From Octopus sinensis (Eukaryota): 11,007 bases of DNA. Location of the stretch: the NCBI RefSeq assembly GCF_006345805.1, contig NW_021827088.1, positions 1-11,007 of the forward strand. The letters run 5' to 3'. A program made the translations under genes and the position numbers. Below the pieces are notes generated by a model. The model made no database searches. It saw only the letters and a list, made by a program, of their open reading frames with translations, and had not been told where the DNA came from. Positions 8,188-11,007 of this stretch are shown here, piece by piece; the stretch's first letter is position 1; every line of letters starts with the position of its first letter.

Positions 8188-9052
8188 TATATATATATAT
8201 ATATATGGTGTGTGTGCGCGCGTGTGTGCGCGCGTGTGTGTGGTATGTATATGTATACACGCACACACACACACACACACATAATGCCGTAAAGTATGAT
8301 GATTTGAGAGAGACTTGGTTGCTATTTCCACAAGGTTCAGTGACCGCAGAAAGATCGAAGAGTATGTGATCGAAGGAAAAGATCGAAGAATATGAATGTA
8401 GTACGCATGTGTATATATGTGTATATGTGCACGCGTGTGTGTATGTGTGCGCACGCGTCTGTGTGTGTGTGTGTCTTATGAAATTGGATTAGACTATGAG
8501 GAGGGTGGCTTAGGATTTACATAGAAGAAAAATTATATACACGTATTCCATGCACCACACCCACACATACACATACACATATACATACATATATGCACAC
8601 ATAAGAAGCTTATACAGGCTCACAGGCATACACATTCACACGCATGCACACATGTATATACACATAGCCAGACATAGCTACATGGGCAAACGAGGGATCC
8701 CCTACCTCGTCGCCAGTCTACAAGAAATAGCAGCCAATTTTCATTCAAATTACATATATACACTCACACGTACACACACACACACACACTCACATACATA
8801 CACACACACGTACACACATACATCCATGCGCAAATGAACATACAAACACAGTCACAACACATACATACATACACGCAGCCATACACGCGCATATTAACAC
8901 GCATACACGTGCATATATATACACACTACCACGTATGCACGCATGTACACATATATATGTACACACATACACACACCGATTTACAAACACACACACACAC
9001 GCACAAATACAAACACACACACGCTCACACACACACATACATACTGACACAT
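8188..9052. repeat. Alternating (TG)n and (CA)n/(TA)n microsatellite block
   Basis: Visible purine-pyrimidine alternating tracts in both orientations. Confidence 0.85.
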
Positions 9053-9099
9053 ACCGTTGTAAATTCTAATCGATGAATAGTCATAAATCAATATTTTGT

Positions 9100-9300
9100 A
9101 TAGTAGTAGTAGTAGTAGTAGTAGGAGATGAGGGGGGGCTGGTGGTGCTGCTGGTGATGGAAATAGTGAAATCAGTGGTGGCGGTGATTAAATTTATTTT
9201 GAAAGTGATGGTCGTGGCAGAGGTGGCGATCAAGGTGATTAAGAGTTCTGGTGGTGGTGGTGGTGGTGGTGGTGGTGGTTGTGGTTATTGGTGGTAGTGG
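9100..9300. repeat. (TAG)n and (GGT)n low-complexity tract
   Basis: Visible; source of the Val/Gly-rich ORF 9073-9297. Confidence 0.85.
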
Positions 9301-9314
9301 CTATATGATATATA

Positions 9315-9552
9315 CAGGGGCGGCCCAAAAGTAGGTTTACAGCTATCACGTGGGCACTTTAAACTTCTTTTAAAACATTTTATTACATTCAAATTTCTAT
9401 CTTACAAACTGAAAAGGGAGCTTGACAAAACTAACTAAATTAGCATTAGAATAAGGGTTTCATATTTTTTTTATACTTAACATCTAAACTGTTAATATAT
9501 GAATGCGAAAGAGATAGTTGAATAACTGTAAACCTGCTTTTGGGCTACCCTG
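9315..9552. mobile_element. Tc1/mariner-type MITE, 238 bp
   Basis: Left TIR CAGGGGCGGCCCAAAAGTAGGTTTACAGCTAT (9315-9346) versus the reverse complement of 9522-9552, CAGGGTAGCCCAAAAGCAGGTTTACAGTTAT (27/32, one gap). TA TSDs at 9313-9314 and 9553-9554; AT-rich non-coding interior. Confidence 0.9.
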
Positions 9553-9688
9553 TATGTAGAAATATTTGTACTCTTAAACAGCATCTGTGATTCAAAAACA
9601 CTGAGCCAGGATGCGCACCGCGGCCAATAAGTGTAGATCAGCAAATTTCGGGCAGTAACTGAGTCCATCTTGCCTACCTCCATAATAA

Positions 9689-9995
9689 TGAAGGTGCGTG
9701 GATTTAGTGGTTAGCGTTTTCGGCTCACGGTCGTAATAATGTCGTGAGTTCGATACCCGGTAGCGTGTTGTATCCATGAGCTAGACACTATTTCACGTTG
9801 CTCCAGTTAGCTCTGCTGACAAAATGATGAGTTATACCTGTGATTCTGTGTCACATTCTGTGTCCCTGAGAATTACGTTAAGGTTACGTGTGCTTGTGGA
9901 GTTCTCAGCTACTTCCGTGTTAATCTCATGAGCAGGCTGTTCCGTTGTTCAGATCATCTGGAACCTTCGTCACCGTCGTAACCGACGGAGTTCCA
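9689..9995 (+). mobile_element. tRNA-derived SINE, family C, near full length
   Basis: A-box TGGATTTAGTGGTTA, B-box GAGTTCGATACC, body CACGTTGCTCCAG and tail GGAACCTTCGTCACCGTCGTAACCGACGGAGTTCC; homologous to 7441-7640 (-). Confidence 0.85.
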
Positions 9996-10084
9996 GTTAC
10001 CTCCGTAGTAGCCGCCACCAGAATCTAGAGATGTACGGAGATGGACTGTAGAGTTCAAGCTGTCATCCTGCATCCCATGGAACC

Positions 10085-10900
10085 AGACGATTTTTCATCC
10101 TCCAACAGCTGCGGACATTCTACAAGGCTCAAGTGAGTTTTCCCTGCGATATCTCCAATGAAATAGTGCTTCCACATCTGGGACCGTGCTGCTACGCACG
10201 CTGGCATCTTTATTCGTATCTAGGCGAAGTCCACACGGCTGATTTGGTATCCCATCACTACCGGACATACTCCAGGTTCTGATCCACGGACATGCTGCCT
10301 CCTCACTCTGTCTTTTCTCTGAAGGCTCGGCTGATTATAGCACTTCATCACAACTGGACACACTCCAGCCTCTGGAGTACTGTCTTCACTCTGTTTTTTT
10401 CTATCGCTCTCTTCATGGCTCGGGGGCCACTCGACTGATTGACATCCAGTCACGAACGGACACACTCCAGCCTCTGGCCCACAGACGTATTGTCTCCTCA
10501 CTCTCTCTTCCATCGCTGCTATGACGGTCTCTGCTCCTTGGAGTTGACTAGATTCGTACTTCCACCACTCAAACCCCCGCCCTCTTCCCCACTCGTCTCT
10601 CCACCTCTCGGTATTCTTGATACATCCAGCGACCCTTTCCCTGTACTTACCATTATACCCAATCCTTAGTCCCCTGTACATGCGTCCCTCTGGAATCTCC
10701 TCCCTGCTCAAGTCTTTCCTGCAGATAGTGTTGATCTGTAACAGTCTAAAACGGGACATTAACGGTATCAATCTCACCGGTTTCTGGACGCTCAGCAAAG
10801 GTCGTGGGCTCTGTCTCTCCCTCAAGATTCAGGAAATAAAAAAGAAAAACAAGCAGGCAAAACAACGAACATCCATGCATGTCGGAGTATGTAATGTAAT
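10085..10900 (+). mobile_element. Decayed CR1-group (CR1/L2/Crack/Daphne-like) LINE, ORF2 C-terminus plus 3' UTR
   Basis: Frameshifted translation gives RRFFILQQLRTFYKAQV (10085-10135), PMK*CFHIWD..RI*AKSTRLI, DTLQPLAHRRIVSSL, SLFHRCYDGLCSLEL, ASLWNLLPAQVFP and KRDINGINL. These match the YKAQxRPxxEYCSHIW / HRRxVxSLSLFYR / LWNxLPxxVFP motifs of non-LTR ORF2 ends. The 3' boundary is uncertain. Confidence 0.8.
10236..10518. repeat. Degenerate 92-104 bp tandem triplication inside the LINE
   Basis: CG(G/A)CTGATT at 10236, 10328 and 10432; GGACA(C/T)ACTCCAG at 10263, 10356 and 10458. Confidence 0.85.
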
Positions 10901-10920
10901 TTAAAGATGGACACAGATGT

Positions 10921-10960
10921 TGGGGTATAAAGGGAGTATAATGGGGTATAATGGGGTATA
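10921..10960. repeat. 10-bp repeat (ATGGGGTATA-like) x4
   Basis: TGGGGTATAA AGGGAGTATA ATGGGGTATA ATGGGGTATA. Confidence 0.85.
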
Positions 10961-11007
10961 GGTAGTGAAAAGGATCTGTGTCTTGTCGTTCGGTCGACAT
11001 TCTGGGT

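Noticed and set aside
8350-8394. Direct repeat AAAGATCGAAGA(G/A)TATG twice, with a third GATCGAAG
   Set aside because: A small local duplication with no further structure.
209-9297. Dozens of ORFs rich in HT/YI/CV/MY/SL repeats
   Set aside because: They are translations of microsatellites that lack stop codons and show no protein-like complexity.

Overview
Eukaryotic, repeat-saturated non-coding DNA, most likely intronic or intergenic octopus (cephalopod) sequence; I infer this from recalled octopus tRNA-derived SINE consensus sequences, not from a database search. No host protein-coding exon is supported, and nearly all listed ORFs are microsatellite artefacts. The window holds about a dozen SINE copies or fragments from three or four families and dense (TA)/(TG)/(CA)/(CT)/(GGT) microsatellites. 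It also holds a non-autonomous hAT/Charlie-like DNA transposon (1003-2174) whose right subterminal 40-bp unit has expanded to 11 copies, a 5'-truncated RTE LINE with a perfect 12-bp TSD (6126-6501), a Tc1/mariner-type MITE (9315-9552) and a decayed CR1-group LINE 3' end with an internal triplication (about 10085-10900). A Penelope-like fragment (660-895) carries a minimal hammerhead-ribozyme-like motif with a variant core. The hammerhead-like motif and the hAT subterminal array are the best leads.
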